Shown piece after piece: positions 9,716 through 20,000 of a stretch of 57,487 bases of DNA. Each line of letters starts with the position of its first letter. Position 1 is the stretch's first letter. Origin of the DNA: an uncultured Candidatus Saccharibacteria bacterium (lineage in GTDB: Bacteria > Patescibacteriota > Minisyncoccia > Spechtbacterales > HO2-43-30); NCBI GenBank assembly GCA_964504205.1, contig CAZDDE010000004.1, positions 1-57,487 on the forward strand, given 5' to 3'. Below the pieces are notes generated by a model, which saw only the letters and a program-made list of their open reading frames with translations, did not search any database and had not been told where the DNA came from. Position numbers and translations under genes: made by a program.

Positions 9716-10867
9716 ATGTTTAGATCACCACTTACTTGGAAAATATTTTTTGTTACATTATTTTTACTCATAATCTCGCTGCTTCTGCCGCTTATCTTTG
9801 CCGTTCACGGTTTTGAAAAACTCATCATTAATTATGCTCAATATGAAACGCAATTGGAAGTGCTGTACTCGGAACTTGAGGCGCTTAAATCTCAAATTAC
9901 TTTAATTACACTTACCGTGTTGATAGTCACAATACTGGGAAGTTTTGTACTGTTTGAATTAATTATTTCTCCCCTTCTTAAGATTGTAAAAGGCACCGAA
10001 GAAATCCTGCGCGGCAATTCAAAAAAACAATTAGATATTACTTCGGGCGATGAGCTGCAGATCCTTGCGGGTAATCTTAATAAGATGAATAAAAAATTTT
10101 CCGACGTTCTCGAACGCGAAAAAACAATTTCGCAAATGAAATCGGATTTCGTTTCTCTAGCAGCTCACCAGATGCGTACTCCTATTTCTGCGATTAAATG
10201 GGCGCTGCATAGTATGCTTCACGATGAGGTTGGCCCGATATCCGAAGAACAACGCGCGCTATTAAGGCGTACGGCTGAAAAAAGCGAAGTGATGATTAAT
10301 GTGATTAAAGACTTGATGGATGTCATGCGTCTTGAAGAAGGAAAATACCCGTACGAACCAAGGGAAGAAAGACTCGAACCTTTAATCCAACAAGTATTTC
10401 AGGAAAAAATTTCTCGCGCTAAATTGAACGATGTAATTTTTGATCTGAAGAGACCAAGTAGCCTGCTTCCTCTTCTGTTAATTGATGCGCAAAGCATCAA
10501 GACGGCATTGGATAATGTTATCGACAACGCGCTAGACTATACTCCGCCCAAGGGAAAAGTAACGATTGATTTAATGCAAGAACAAAATAATGTTATAATA
10601 ACCGTAAGTGATAATGGCATAGGCATGCCACAGAATGAAATCCCGCGGATCTTTGATAAATTCTTCCGCGGCACCCTAGCTATCCGTATGCAAACTGAAG
10701 GCAATGGCATGGGTCTATACATAGCAAAAAATATTATTGAACGTCATGGCGGCAAGATAACAGTCCGATCAAAAACTGACCAGGGCTCAACATTCTATAT
10801 TACCTTGCCGATACCCGAAAAATTTCTGCAGCCAAAGCAGTATAAAAAGTTTATTGAAGAACTTTGA
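9716..10867 (+). CDS. sensor histidine kinase (TM-HAMP-HisKA-HATPase)
   Basis: H-box SLAAHQMRTPISAI, N-box DNALDYT and G-boxes DNGIGM/GNGMGL. The ATG at 9716 is preferred over the TTG at 9710. Confidence 0.9.
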   Translation: MFRSPLTWKIFFVTLFLLIISLLLPLIFAVHGFEKLIINYAQYETQLEVLYSELEALKSQITLITLTVLIVTILGSFVLFELIISPLLKIVKGTEEILRGNSKKQLDITSGDELQILAGNLNKMNKKFSDVLEREKTISQMKSDFVSLAAHQMRTPISAIKWALHSMLHDEVGPISEEQRALLRRTAEKSEVMINVIKDLMDVMRLEEGKYPYEPREERLEPLIQQVFQEKISRAKLNDVIFDLKRPSSLLPLLLIDAQSIKTALDNVIDNALDYTPPKGKVTIDLMQEQNNVIITVSDNGIGMPQNEIPRIFDKFFRGTLAIRMQTEGNGMGLYIAKNIIERHGGKITVRSKTDQGSTFYITLPIPEKFLQPKQYKKFIEEL

Positions 10868-10927
10868 TTAAATGAATTAAAGGTCGCTCTAAATAGATTA
10901 GTAAACATCTATTCCTATAATCAAACA

Positions 10928-11683
10928 ATGAAAAAGATTTGGCTAATTTTTATCGCGATGGCCGCGGTTCTTGCCGGCGGCTGGCTAACCTACAACACTA
11001 AAAACGGGCCGGGTATTCCATTTGATTTCCTTACGCACGGACTGATGTCGCTGATTGCTTTGTATGTGTATGGCAAAATTAAAGAGACCTACGCGGCAAG
11101 CAAAAATATTGCGCATAAATACCTTGCTCATTTTATGCTTGGCTGGATAATCGCTGGTTTTTCTGTGGCCATCGGCAATTCCTACTTTTTTGACAACCCC
11201 TTTGTCTTTGGCCTCGGCTTTATCATCGCTCTTGTAGCTTTATTTCCGGCCTCCGCGTACCTTGTGCGCATACCGTTCATCGTTAAGGGCGCCCCTGGCC
11301 TTGAGAAACTTGCCTTTCGTCTTATTCTCCTTGTGGGTGTGCTAATTATTCTACTGAATGTCTTATATTGGCCGAACTCTTATGTCAACGAAGCCGGCTT
11401 TACCGTATACAACAGTGGGCTTACTGTGCCTTTTTTTGGCTTTCTGCCTTTTACAGCTTATGGTGCTGTTGCCGCACTTCTAGCGCTCTTCTTTTTTTAC
11501 GGATTTCTTACAGAAAAAAATCGAGTTGCCAAGATACGTTCTCTGTTCTTTGCTATTGGCACATTCCTTTCAATAGGGCTTGGACTTCATCTTGCCGGAG
11601 CAGGAGCGCTGTCTTCATGGGGAGAATTTACAGTGGCGCTTGGATTCTTATTTGTGTTGCTTGGCGTATTATACAAAGACTAA
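10928..11683 (+). CDS. hypothetical integral membrane protein (251 aa)
   Basis: Highly hydrophobic along its whole length (~7 predicted helices by eye). Confidence 0.7.
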   Translation: MKKIWLIFIAMAAVLAGGWLTYNTKNGPGIPFDFLTHGLMSLIALYVYGKIKETYAASKNIAHKYLAHFMLGWIIAGFSVAIGNSYFFDNPFVFGLGFIIALVALFPASAYLVRIPFIVKGAPGLEKLAFRLILLVGVLIILLNVLYWPNSYVNEAGFTVYNSGLTVPFFGFLPFTAYGAVAALLALFFFYGFLTEKNRVAKIRSLFFAIGTFLSIGLGLHLAGAGALSSWGEFTVALGFLFVLLGVLYKD

Positions 11684-11695
11684 ACTTCCCACAAC

Positions 11696-11725
11696 AAAAA
11701 ACCGCGTAAATTTGCGGTTTTTTGT
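11696..11725 (+). terminator. intrinsic terminator
   Basis: aaaaaccgc/gcggttttt stem followed by a T-run. Confidence 0.7.
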
Positions 11726-11730
11726 TTGGG

Positions 11731-11739
11731 TGATATAAT
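11731..11739 (+). promoter_or_regulatory. extended -10 element (tgatataat) 9 nt upstream of the dnaE ATG
   Basis: TGnTATAAT match. No Shine-Dalgarno before ATG 11749, which implies a leaderless or near-leaderless mRNA. Confidence 0.45.
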
Positions 11740-11748
11740 TTCTAAAAC

Positions 11749-14700
11749 ATGGATAAAAAATTTACGCATTTACATGTCCACTCGCATTACTCATTACTTG
11801 ATGGCCTTTCAAAGATTCCTAATCTTTTAGATTATACAAAGGAACTCGGCATGGACGCCATCGCGCTCACCGACCATGGCGTGCAGTATGGCAATATAGA
11901 ATTTTATAAAGAAGCAAAAAAGCGGAGTATCAAACCGATTTTCGGACTAGAGACTTATGTCGCCAATCACACCCGTTTTGACCGCCGGCCTGGCGTAGAT
12001 GATGTGCGCTACCATTTAACGCTTCTTTGCGAAAACAAAACTGGTTATAAAAATCTCATTGCGCTTTCCACAAAAGCGCATTTAGAAGGTTTTTACTACA
12101 AACCAAGAGTTGATAAAGAACTTCTGCGCGAGTATCGCTCTGGACTAATTGCGCTCTCGGGATGTTTAAACGGAGAAATCGCCAAGGCCATTCTTGCAAA
12201 TAACAAAGGTGAAGCCGAGCGGCTTATCGGCGAATACGCTGATATCTTCGGCAAAGACAACTTTTATTTGGAGCTGCAGCATCATCCCCATATACCCGAA
12301 CAGATCAAAGTTAACAAAGCGCTTATTGAGATTGGCAAAAAGTTCTCTGCGCGACTAGTTGCGACGCAAGACTCGCATTATCTCCGCCCCGAAGATGCCG
12401 AAGCACAGGATATTCTACTCGCTATTCAGACGGGCGACAAGACCAGCGATGAAAAACGCGGTTTAACCATGAAAGACGAGGATTATTCACTTACTTCTCC
12501 CGAGCAAATGCATGAATTTTTCAAAGATTTGCCGGAAGCTATAACAAACACGCAGGAAATTGCCGAACGCTGTAATGTGGAACTGGAACTTGGAAAGAAC
12601 CAGCTGCCATACTTCCCTCTGCCCGAAAGTGATGACGAGAACTTGTATTTGAAAAAACTGTGCCAAGAGGGGATTGAAAAACGTTATGGAATCACGAATC
12701 CCTCCTTCGCCAAGGCTACGGCGGGCAGGCAAGAATTAAGAATTAAGGAACGACTCGACTACGAACTTTCTGTCATCAAGAAAACTGGCTTCGCTTCTTA
12801 TTTCCTCATCGTCGCGGATTTTGTGAACTGGGCAAAAAAAAATGGCGTGATCGTGGGCCCGGGGCGCGGTTCTGCCGCAGGATCAATCGTTTCGTATCTT
12901 CTAAACATTACCAATGTAGATCCTCTCAAATATGGTTTAATTTTTGAAAGATTTCTGCAGGCCGAGCGCAACGAACTGCCGGATATTGATATTGACTTTG
13001 CCGACACCCGCCGCGACGAAGTGCTCGAATATGTTGCGCAAAAATATGGCCGGGAAAATGTCGCGCAAATCATCACGTTCGGCACCATGGCCGCGCGCGT
13101 GTCTGTGCGCGATGTCGGCCGGGCCCTCGATTATCCCTACGAATTCTGCGACAAACTGGCCAAAGCGATTCCGATGATGATGAACCTTGAAGAGGCCCTG
13201 CGCGAAAGCCAAGAATTTGCCATGCTCTATCAGGGCGACAGGGACGCCCGCCGCATTGTTGACGCCGCGAAGAAACTTGAAGGTGTGGCGCGGCACGCTT
13301 CAACCCACGCTTGCGGCGTCGTGATTACCAAACAGCCGCTCGCAGAAACCGTCCCCTTGCAGCGTTCTTCGCAGAACGAAACCGTCATCACAACACAGTA
13401 TGAAATGCACGCGATTGAAGGATTGGGACTGTTAAAAATGGATTTTTTGGGCCTCAAAAATCTCACCATTATTGAAAATACGCGTGAGCAAATCAAAAAA
13501 AACTACGGCGAAGAAATTGATATCGAAAAAATTCCTTTAGATGATCCAAAAACTTTCGAACTTTTTCAGCAAGCCAATACGACCGGTGTGTTTCAGCTGG
13601 AAAGTGCGGGAATGAAACGCTACCTTAAAGAATTAAAGCCCACGCGTTTTGACGATATAGTCGCCATGGTCGCGCTGTATCGCCCGGGCCCGATGGAGTT
13701 TATACCGGATTTCATAGATAGAAAACACGGCCGCAAGGAAATCAATTATCTCCATCCGGAACTCGAGCCGATTCTTAAAGATACCTACGGCATTGCTGTC
13801 TTTCAAGAACAGGTTTTGCAGATAGCGCGCGATCTTGCCGGATTCACCTATTCCGAAGCTGATGTTTTGCGCAAGGCCATCGGAAAAAAAATCAAAGAGC
13901 TTCTTGACGAACAGAAAGAAAAATTTGTGCAAGGCATGATGAAAAACGGCATTCAGAAGGCCACCGCCGAACAGATCTTTCGTTTTGTGGAGCCGTTCGC
14001 CAGATACGGCTTCAATAAAGCGCACAGTGTTTGTTATGCAACTGTGGGTTTTGAGACGGCCTATCTCAAAACCCACTATCCCCGCGAATTTATGGCCGCG
14101 CTTTTAAACGCCGAACAAAAAAATATTGATCGCCTTTCTTTCCTCATAGATGAATGCCGCGCCATGGACATCAAAGTTCTTTCTCCGGATATAAATGAAA
14201 GTGATGAGAAATTCTCTGTCGCTAAAGACGGGATCCGTTTTGGTCTTGCGGCAGTAAAAAATGTCGGCGCGCATATTGTTGAAGAAATAATCAAAGAACG
14301 CAACGCCCACGGGCCATATTTAAGCATCGAAAATCTTCTGGACCGCGTACAGGATAAGAACCTCAACAAAAAATCTATAGAAAGCTTAATAAAATGCGGG
14401 TCTTTCGACAAACTTAGCGAAAGAAATAAGCTCCTCGCGAATATAGACGCTCTGCTCAAGTACTCACGCGACCAAAAAAGCATCGCCAACTCCAACCAAA
14501 TGAGTCTTTTTGCTGAACAGCCGATGTTTGTCGGCGCCCTGAAACTTGCCCAAGCCGCCGTAGCACCCCAAAATCTAATGCTCGCATGGGAAAAAGAACT
14601 GCTCGGATTCTACCTCTCCAGCCACCCCCTTGAAGAATACAAAGACAAACTGCGCCTTTTCCCCAAAATCAAAAACCTTGCCGCAAAAGACGCGGGCAAA

Positions 14701-14940
14701 ATGCTCAACCTCGGCGGTATTATCGCAAGTATTAAGAAGATCGTAACCAAAAGCGGCCAACCCATGCTCTTTATTGGCATCGAAGACCAAACCGCAAGAA
14801 TTGAGGGCCTTGTCTTCCCGTCCACCCTTGAAAAAAACCAAAACATCTTTGTGGAAGGAACTGCCGTGAGAATCAAAGGCCGTCTTTCCGACAAAGACGG
14901 CACGTTGAAGATACTTTGCGAGGAGGTGAAGGAACTTTGA
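11749..14940 (+). CDS. dnaE: DNA polymerase III alpha subunit
   Basis: PHP domain HLHVHSHYSLLDG, palm/fingers motifs and a C-terminal OB fold. 1063 aa. Confidence 0.96.
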   Translation: MDKKFTHLHVHSHYSLLDGLSKIPNLLDYTKELGMDAIALTDHGVQYGNIEFYKEAKKRSIKPIFGLETYVANHTRFDRRPGVDDVRYHLTLLCENKTGYKNLIALSTKAHLEGFYYKPRVDKELLREYRSGLIALSGCLNGEIAKAILANNKGEAERLIGEYADIFGKDNFYLELQHHPHIPEQIKVNKALIEIGKKFSARLVATQDSHYLRPEDAEAQDILLAIQTGDKTSDEKRGLTMKDEDYSLTSPEQMHEFFKDLPEAITNTQEIAERCNVELELGKNQLPYFPLPESDDENLYLKKLCQEGIEKRYGITNPSFAKATAGRQELRIKERLDYELSVIKKTGFASYFLIVADFVNWAKKNGVIVGPGRGSAAGSIVSYLLNITNVDPLKYGLIFERFLQAERNELPDIDIDFADTRRDEVLEYVAQKYGRENVAQIITFGTMAARVSVRDVGRALDYPYEFCDKLAKAIPMMMNLEEALRESQEFAMLYQGDRDARRIVDAAKKLEGVARHASTHACGVVITKQPLAETVPLQRSSQNETVITTQYEMHAIEGLGLLKMDFLGLKNLTIIENTREQIKKNYGEEIDIEKIPLDDPKTFELFQQANTTGVFQLESAGMKRYLKELKPTRFDDIVAMVALYRPGPMEFIPDFIDRKHGRKEINYLHPELEPILKDTYGIAVFQEQVLQIARDLAGFTYSEADVLRKAIGKKIKELLDEQKEKFVQGMMKNGIQKATAEQIFRFVEPFARYGFNKAHSVCYATVGFETAYLKTHYPREFMAALLNAEQKNIDRLSFLIDECRAMDIKVLSPDINESDEKFSVAKDGIRFGLAAVKNVGAHIVEEIIKERNAHGPYLSIENLLDRVQDKNLNKKSIESLIKCGSFDKLSERNKLLANIDALLKYSRDQKSIANSNQMSLFAEQPMFVGALKLAQAAVAPQNLMLAWEKELLGFYLSSHPLEEYKDKLRLFPKIKNLAAKDAGKMLNLGGIIASIKKIVTKSGQPMLFIGIEDQTARIEGLVFPSTLEKNQNIFVEGTAVRIKGRLSDKDGTLKILCEEVKEL
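12690..12751. repeat. in-frame insertion-like element in dnaE (26-nt core shared with pheT plus heptamers)
   Basis: Core cgccaaggctacggcgggcaggcaag at 12708-12733, flanked by gaatcac/gaatccc and by aagaatt x2. Confidence 0.8.
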
Positions 14941-14971
14941 CGACTTCGCCGATTAACGCTATACTTAAACT

Positions 14972-15190
14972 ATGCAAAAACAAAATCTTACTGTAATTAC
15001 CTGGAGGGAGAGTAAATATTTCGTTGCCCAGTGTTTGAATGTGGATGTTTCTAGTTTTGGAAAAACAAAAAAGGAAGCGCTTGAGAATCTAGAAGAAGCA
15101 CTTGAGTTATATTTCGAAGATACTCACCCATCTCACGCCGAGAGAATAGAACGAAAATCTGTTTCGGTTGAATCGTTAGTATATGCCTAA
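14972..15190 (+). CDS. hicB: HicB-family antitoxin (UPF0150-like)
   Basis: YFVAQCLNVDVSSFGKTKKEALENLEEALELYFED matches the HicB N-terminal fold pattern. Confidence 0.75.
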   Translation: MQKQNLTVITWRESKYFVAQCLNVDVSSFGKTKKEALENLEEALELYFEDTHPSHAERIERKSVSVESLVYA

Positions 15191-15314
15191 ACTCTATTCT
15201 TCAAAGCATATTGTCCAAATCCTCAAAAAGCGAGGGTTTATTTTTATTTCGCAAAAGGGAACATTTCGCTCCATACTACGTCAATCTCGACTTTCCCAGG
15301 AAGACTTTCTATAA
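15183..15314 (+). pseudogene. HicA-like toxin remnant with internal deletion (43 aa)
   Basis: MPKLYSSKHIVQILKKRGFIFISQKG joins directly to TFRSILRQSRLSQEDFL, so the central His-containing core is missing. Overlaps the hicB stop. Confidence 0.5.
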
Positions 15315-15323
15315 TAAAAAGCT

Positions 15324-17045
15324 ATGCCTAGCCAAATCGAAAACATAAGACATTCTTTCGCCCATCTTCTTGCCGCGGCAGTAAAAAAGCTCTATCCCGG
15401 AGTACAATTTGGCATTGGGCCGACGATTGAAAACGGCTTCTACTATGATTTCGGGGATGTAAAAATTGGCGAAGAGAATCTGCCCAAGATTGAAATGGAA
15501 ATGCGTAAGGTTGCGAAAGAAGAGCATGAATTTAGGTATGAAGAATGGGACGCAGAACGCGCGAAAGAACATTTTGAGCAAGAAAATCAGCCGTATAAAA
15601 TTGAATTAATTGAAGAGTTGGGAAACAAAGTCGGCATGGTCCACATGGGCGATACATTTTTGGATTTATGTAAGGGCGGGCATGTCGAAGACACTACCGA
15701 TTTACCCCTTGAGGCGTTTAAACTGACGAGAATTGCCGGAGCGTATTGGCGCGGAAATGAGAAGAACCCAATGCTCACGCGCGTATATGGAGTAGCTTTT
15801 AATACTAAAAAAGAACTGGAAGAGTATCTGGAACAACTGGAACAGGCAGAAAAACGCGACCACAAAAAATTGGGGAAAGAATTGGGATTATTTACTTTTT
15901 CAGAGCTAGTTGGTCCCGGTCTCCCGTTATTCACACCCAAGGGCGCAATAATCCGAAATATTTTAAAAAACTTTGTAGAAAATCTGGAACGCAAGTACGG
16001 CTATCAGGAAGTATGGATTCCCCACCTTGCGAAGCCGGAGCTTTACAAAACCTCCGGACATTTAGAAAAATTCAAAGAAGATTTGTTTTATGTCAAAGGA
16101 TACGATAACGACTTTATCTTGAAGCCGATGAACTGCCCGCATCATACGCAGATTTACAAGTCTCAAATGCGAAGCTACAGAGACTTACCCGTCAGGTATT
16201 TTGAAACAACGACTGTCTATCGCGACGAGCAGGCCGGCGAGCTTGGCGGTCTCACCAGGGTGCGCGCGATTACCCAAGACGATGGCCACTGTTTTATGCG
16301 CGAGGATCAAATTGCCCAAGAATTTGAAATAAACCTTAAAATCCAGCAGGAACTTGCCGAAAAAATTGAGCTTAAAGAATACTGGATTCGTCTTTCTTTG
16401 CGTGATGAGAAAAACAAAACGGCTTATCTTGGCGACGATGCAACCTGGCAAAAAGCGCAGGAAGAAATGGAAGATTTACTCAAAAAACAAAAAATAGAAT
16501 ATGAATCAAGAGAAGGCGAAGCGGCGTTTTACGGACCAAAAATGGATTTTATGGCAAAGGACTCTCTCGGCCGCGCCTGGCAATTTTCTACGATTCAGCT
16601 TGATTTTAACCTTCCAAAACGTTTTAACCTTGAATACACGGCCGAAGATGGATCTAAAAAGACGCCGGTGATGATGCACAGGGCATTCATGGGATCTATT
16701 GAGAGATTCATGGCAATGCTGATTGAGCACTACGCCGGATCCTTTCCACTCTGGCTTGCGCCCGAACAAATCTGGATAATGCCCATCAGTGAAAAATTTA
16801 ACACATACGCTCGCAATGTTGCGGATGAACTTGGCAATTTTAGAATTTCAATTAAAGACGATAACGAAACGCTCGGCAAGAAAATCCGCGCGGGGCAAAT
16901 GCAAAAAATCCCCTATCTTATCATTGTCGGTGAGAAAGAAGAGAAATCTAAAAAAATATCCGTGCGCCAGCGCGAAAAAGGCGATCTTGGGTTATCCACA
17001 GTTAAGGAGTTTGTTGAAAATGTTAAAATAGAGCTAGAAAATTAA
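15324..17045 (+). CDS. thrS: threonyl-tRNA synthetase lacking the N-terminal TGS domain
   Basis: Begins at the editing-domain HxxxH motif (IRHSFAHLL). Class II motifs and a C-terminal anticodon-binding domain are present. Confidence 0.94.
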   Translation: MPSQIENIRHSFAHLLAAAVKKLYPGVQFGIGPTIENGFYYDFGDVKIGEENLPKIEMEMRKVAKEEHEFRYEEWDAERAKEHFEQENQPYKIELIEELGNKVGMVHMGDTFLDLCKGGHVEDTTDLPLEAFKLTRIAGAYWRGNEKNPMLTRVYGVAFNTKKELEEYLEQLEQAEKRDHKKLGKELGLFTFSELVGPGLPLFTPKGAIIRNILKNFVENLERKYGYQEVWIPHLAKPELYKTSGHLEKFKEDLFYVKGYDNDFILKPMNCPHHTQIYKSQMRSYRDLPVRYFETTTVYRDEQAGELGGLTRVRAITQDDGHCFMREDQIAQEFEINLKIQQELAEKIELKEYWIRLSLRDEKNKTAYLGDDATWQKAQEEMEDLLKKQKIEYESREGEAAFYGPKMDFMAKDSLGRAWQFSTIQLDFNLPKRFNLEYTAEDGSKKTPVMMHRAFMGSIERFMAMLIEHYAGSFPLWLAPEQIWIMPISEKFNTYARNVADELGNFRISIKDDNETLGKKIRAGQMQKIPYLIIVGEKEEKSKKISVRQREKGDLGLSTVKEFVENVKIELEN

Positions 17046-17064
17046 AATTAAAATTTTTAAGCAT

Positions 17065-20000
17065 ATGTCTATATCGCAAAACCTTAGCATCAAAATTTTT
17101 GTCTTTACCGCATCCATCGCCCTGCTCTTCGCCTTGGGCTTTTTAGTTACCCAAGCACAAGAAGCAGCCATAGGTGTGGGGGGCGGTAACGTAGACGCGC
17201 AGAGCGTTGCCCAAGCCGACGCCCAAGCAACTCAATTTGCCGCGCTTGATGAGAATATTAAACCGGAAGATTTGGGTGTTGGCGATCCCAATATTTTGCC
17301 AGACAGCCCTCTTTACGGCTTTAAGAACATGACGCGCGGTTTTCGCTCATTCATGACAAGAGATCCCGCCAAAAAGGCAGAACTCAAGATGGAATTCGCC
17401 AATGAAAAACTAATTGAAGCCCAAAAAATGTCCACGCAGGGTAAAAGCTCCCAAGCTGTAAAAAGCGCTGTTGAAAGCTATGAGAAAGAGGTCGGAAGGG
17501 TAAAAACCGAAGTAGGCAAACTCCAGCAAGCGCAAGTTAGCACCGCCAAAATTGAAAGAGTGGTTGAGAAAGCGCTTGACAGCCAATTCAAGCACAACAA
17601 GGCTCTTGGAAAGATGATGAAAGAGAACACCGATATTGCCACAGACATTGAACAAAAGAAGCAGGAAGTGATGAAAAATCTTACCGGCTCTGTTGCTAGT
17701 ATTGTGGATTCGGGAGTTTTCCAAAAAAAATTTGAGGAGGCGGTGCAAAATCAAAAAGGCAGCGCCTTTAAACACTTTAAGAATGTGGAAGTACTTGAGG
17801 AAGTAAAAGACTTTGTGCCGGAGCAGGCCAGGGGCGCCATTGAAAACGCCATCAAGCAATCCAGTAAATTGTTTCAGGAAGACTTCAGCGCGGCAACACA
17901 GGATCAGCGAAAAATCTTTAATAAATATGTAGAAAAAATGGGCGGCAATGAAGTGCGCCAGCTTGAAGCCTTTGACTCGCTCAACGCATTTGCTGATATC
18001 GAAAAAGAAATGCTTGGGGAAATGGAAAAAGCGCGCGAAAAAGCACGAGGGCGCATGGAAGAAAGAATGAACGGCTTCAAGGATGAAACGCAGCGCCAAG
18101 TCTTTATCGGTCACCTTGAAAACGGACGCATGGAAGACGCTCGCATTGTAAAGGAGCTTGAAAATAATCTGCCTTCTGATACCATCACGGGAATTCTTGG
18201 CATCAAGCATAAAATGGAAGAGAAAATGCGCTCAAGATTTGAAAACGCCCAATCTTCCGGGGATCTTAGCGGTTTCTTCGGCGAAATTGAGGACCGTCCG
18301 GATGCCCAAATGCTTTCGGTTATGAAAGAAATTGAAGCCATTATCCCGGCCGATAAGAAAGATTTCTTCCAGGAGATGAAAACCAAGGCCATGACTGAAA
18401 TGAGCAAAAATATTGAACAGGCCAGACAGTTCGGCCGCGCCGATGATCAGATGCGCCGCATGGCCAGCCTTGACCCGGAAAGTATGCAAGTCATGTCTGA
18501 ATTTCAGGATGAATTTGGCGGACAGTTTGGCTTCTTTGAAGACATGAAGCGCGAGCAGGCCAGTAAAATCTCGGACCGCTTTGCGCACTTCCAAGAATTT
18601 GCCGCAGAGGCGCAGTTTGGGCCGCAACAATCTGGCGGACCTGACTTTTCACCAAAGGGAGTTAGTGTTGGCGGAGGATTTCGTCCTGAAGATTTCTTCT
18701 CCAAGGCCGAGGAGTTCCGCTCGCGCATTGAATTTGATCCGAATGTAAAAAGCCAGATGCAGCAATTTTCGCCAGGTATTGATCAGCATTTCCAGAGCTT
18801 TGATACGCAAAGAAATCGTTTCTTTGAAGAATTTGTCCCTCCCTCCAGTCAAGAAAGCAGTGAACCTGGGCAGCCTTCTAGTAAGCCCGGCTTTGATATT
18901 GATGCAAAAATCGCCGAAGCCGAAGGATTTATCACGAAACTTACAGCATTAGTGCAGAATTCTCCCGAAGGCACACCCGGTCTTCAAGCGGCTCGCTCTT
19001 TGCTTTCAAACGCCCAAGACAAAGTCGCAAAGGCTAAAGCCGCAAAAGACAGCGGCAATACAGGCGAGGCGTTCGGGCAGGGCGTATCAGCAGTTGGCAA
19101 CGCCACAAATGGCATCCGTAAACTGGAAAGCGCCGGCTTTGAAACGGAGCGCAATCGCTACTTTGATGCGCGCGATGAAGTGCGTACGCAATTCCAAGAA
19201 GAAGGCGTTGCTCCAAGCCAAATCAACTTTGACGAATTTATAAAATTTGAACGGCCAAAATTTGAGGACTTCTCTCATCCTCAATTCTTTGGTCCTCCTC
19301 CCGGTTTTGGGAGCCAGCAACAAGGACAGCAGGGACAGAGCGGCCAAACCGGCACATCGCAGCAACAACAATCTGGTCAGCCCGGCACTGGCGGCCAGCA
19401 ACAGCAAAGCCAGTTTGGCGGCGGCTTCGGCTGCGCGCAAGTCTTAACTCCGGCAAGGGATATTAGGAGCGACACATGCCGCACGTTCAATAACGCCTGC
19501 CTCCCGCCGGGGTGGAAAGCCGATCCCTCTTGTGAGGGTCAGCAAGATAGCCGTTCTTTTCAAGAAATTGTAAAGCCGATGCCGGCGGAAGAGTCTATTG
19601 ACCACAGCCGCCTGCAGGACTTCACACAGCAATTCCAGCAGCAGCAACAATTTGAACCATTCCGCCAGCCATTCCCATCGCCAGCGCCTACTTCAGGCAC
19701 CGCACAGCCGACACAAAGCGCATTCCCGACTCATTCACCCTTCCCAACCTTTGGCCAGCCAACTCCGTTTCCCACGTATCAGCAGCCTTTTCCAACCTAC
19801 CAACAGCCCAGCCCAACTCCGTTCCCCACGTACAAAGAACCCTACCCCACTTATCAGCAGCCCACCCCTACTCCTTTCCCGACATATAAGGAGCCCTACC
19901 CAACCTACCAGCAGCCCAGTCCAACTCCATTCCCGACTTACACCCAGCCATCACCCACCCCAGCGCCGACCTATAAGGAGCCCTACCCAACCTACCAACA

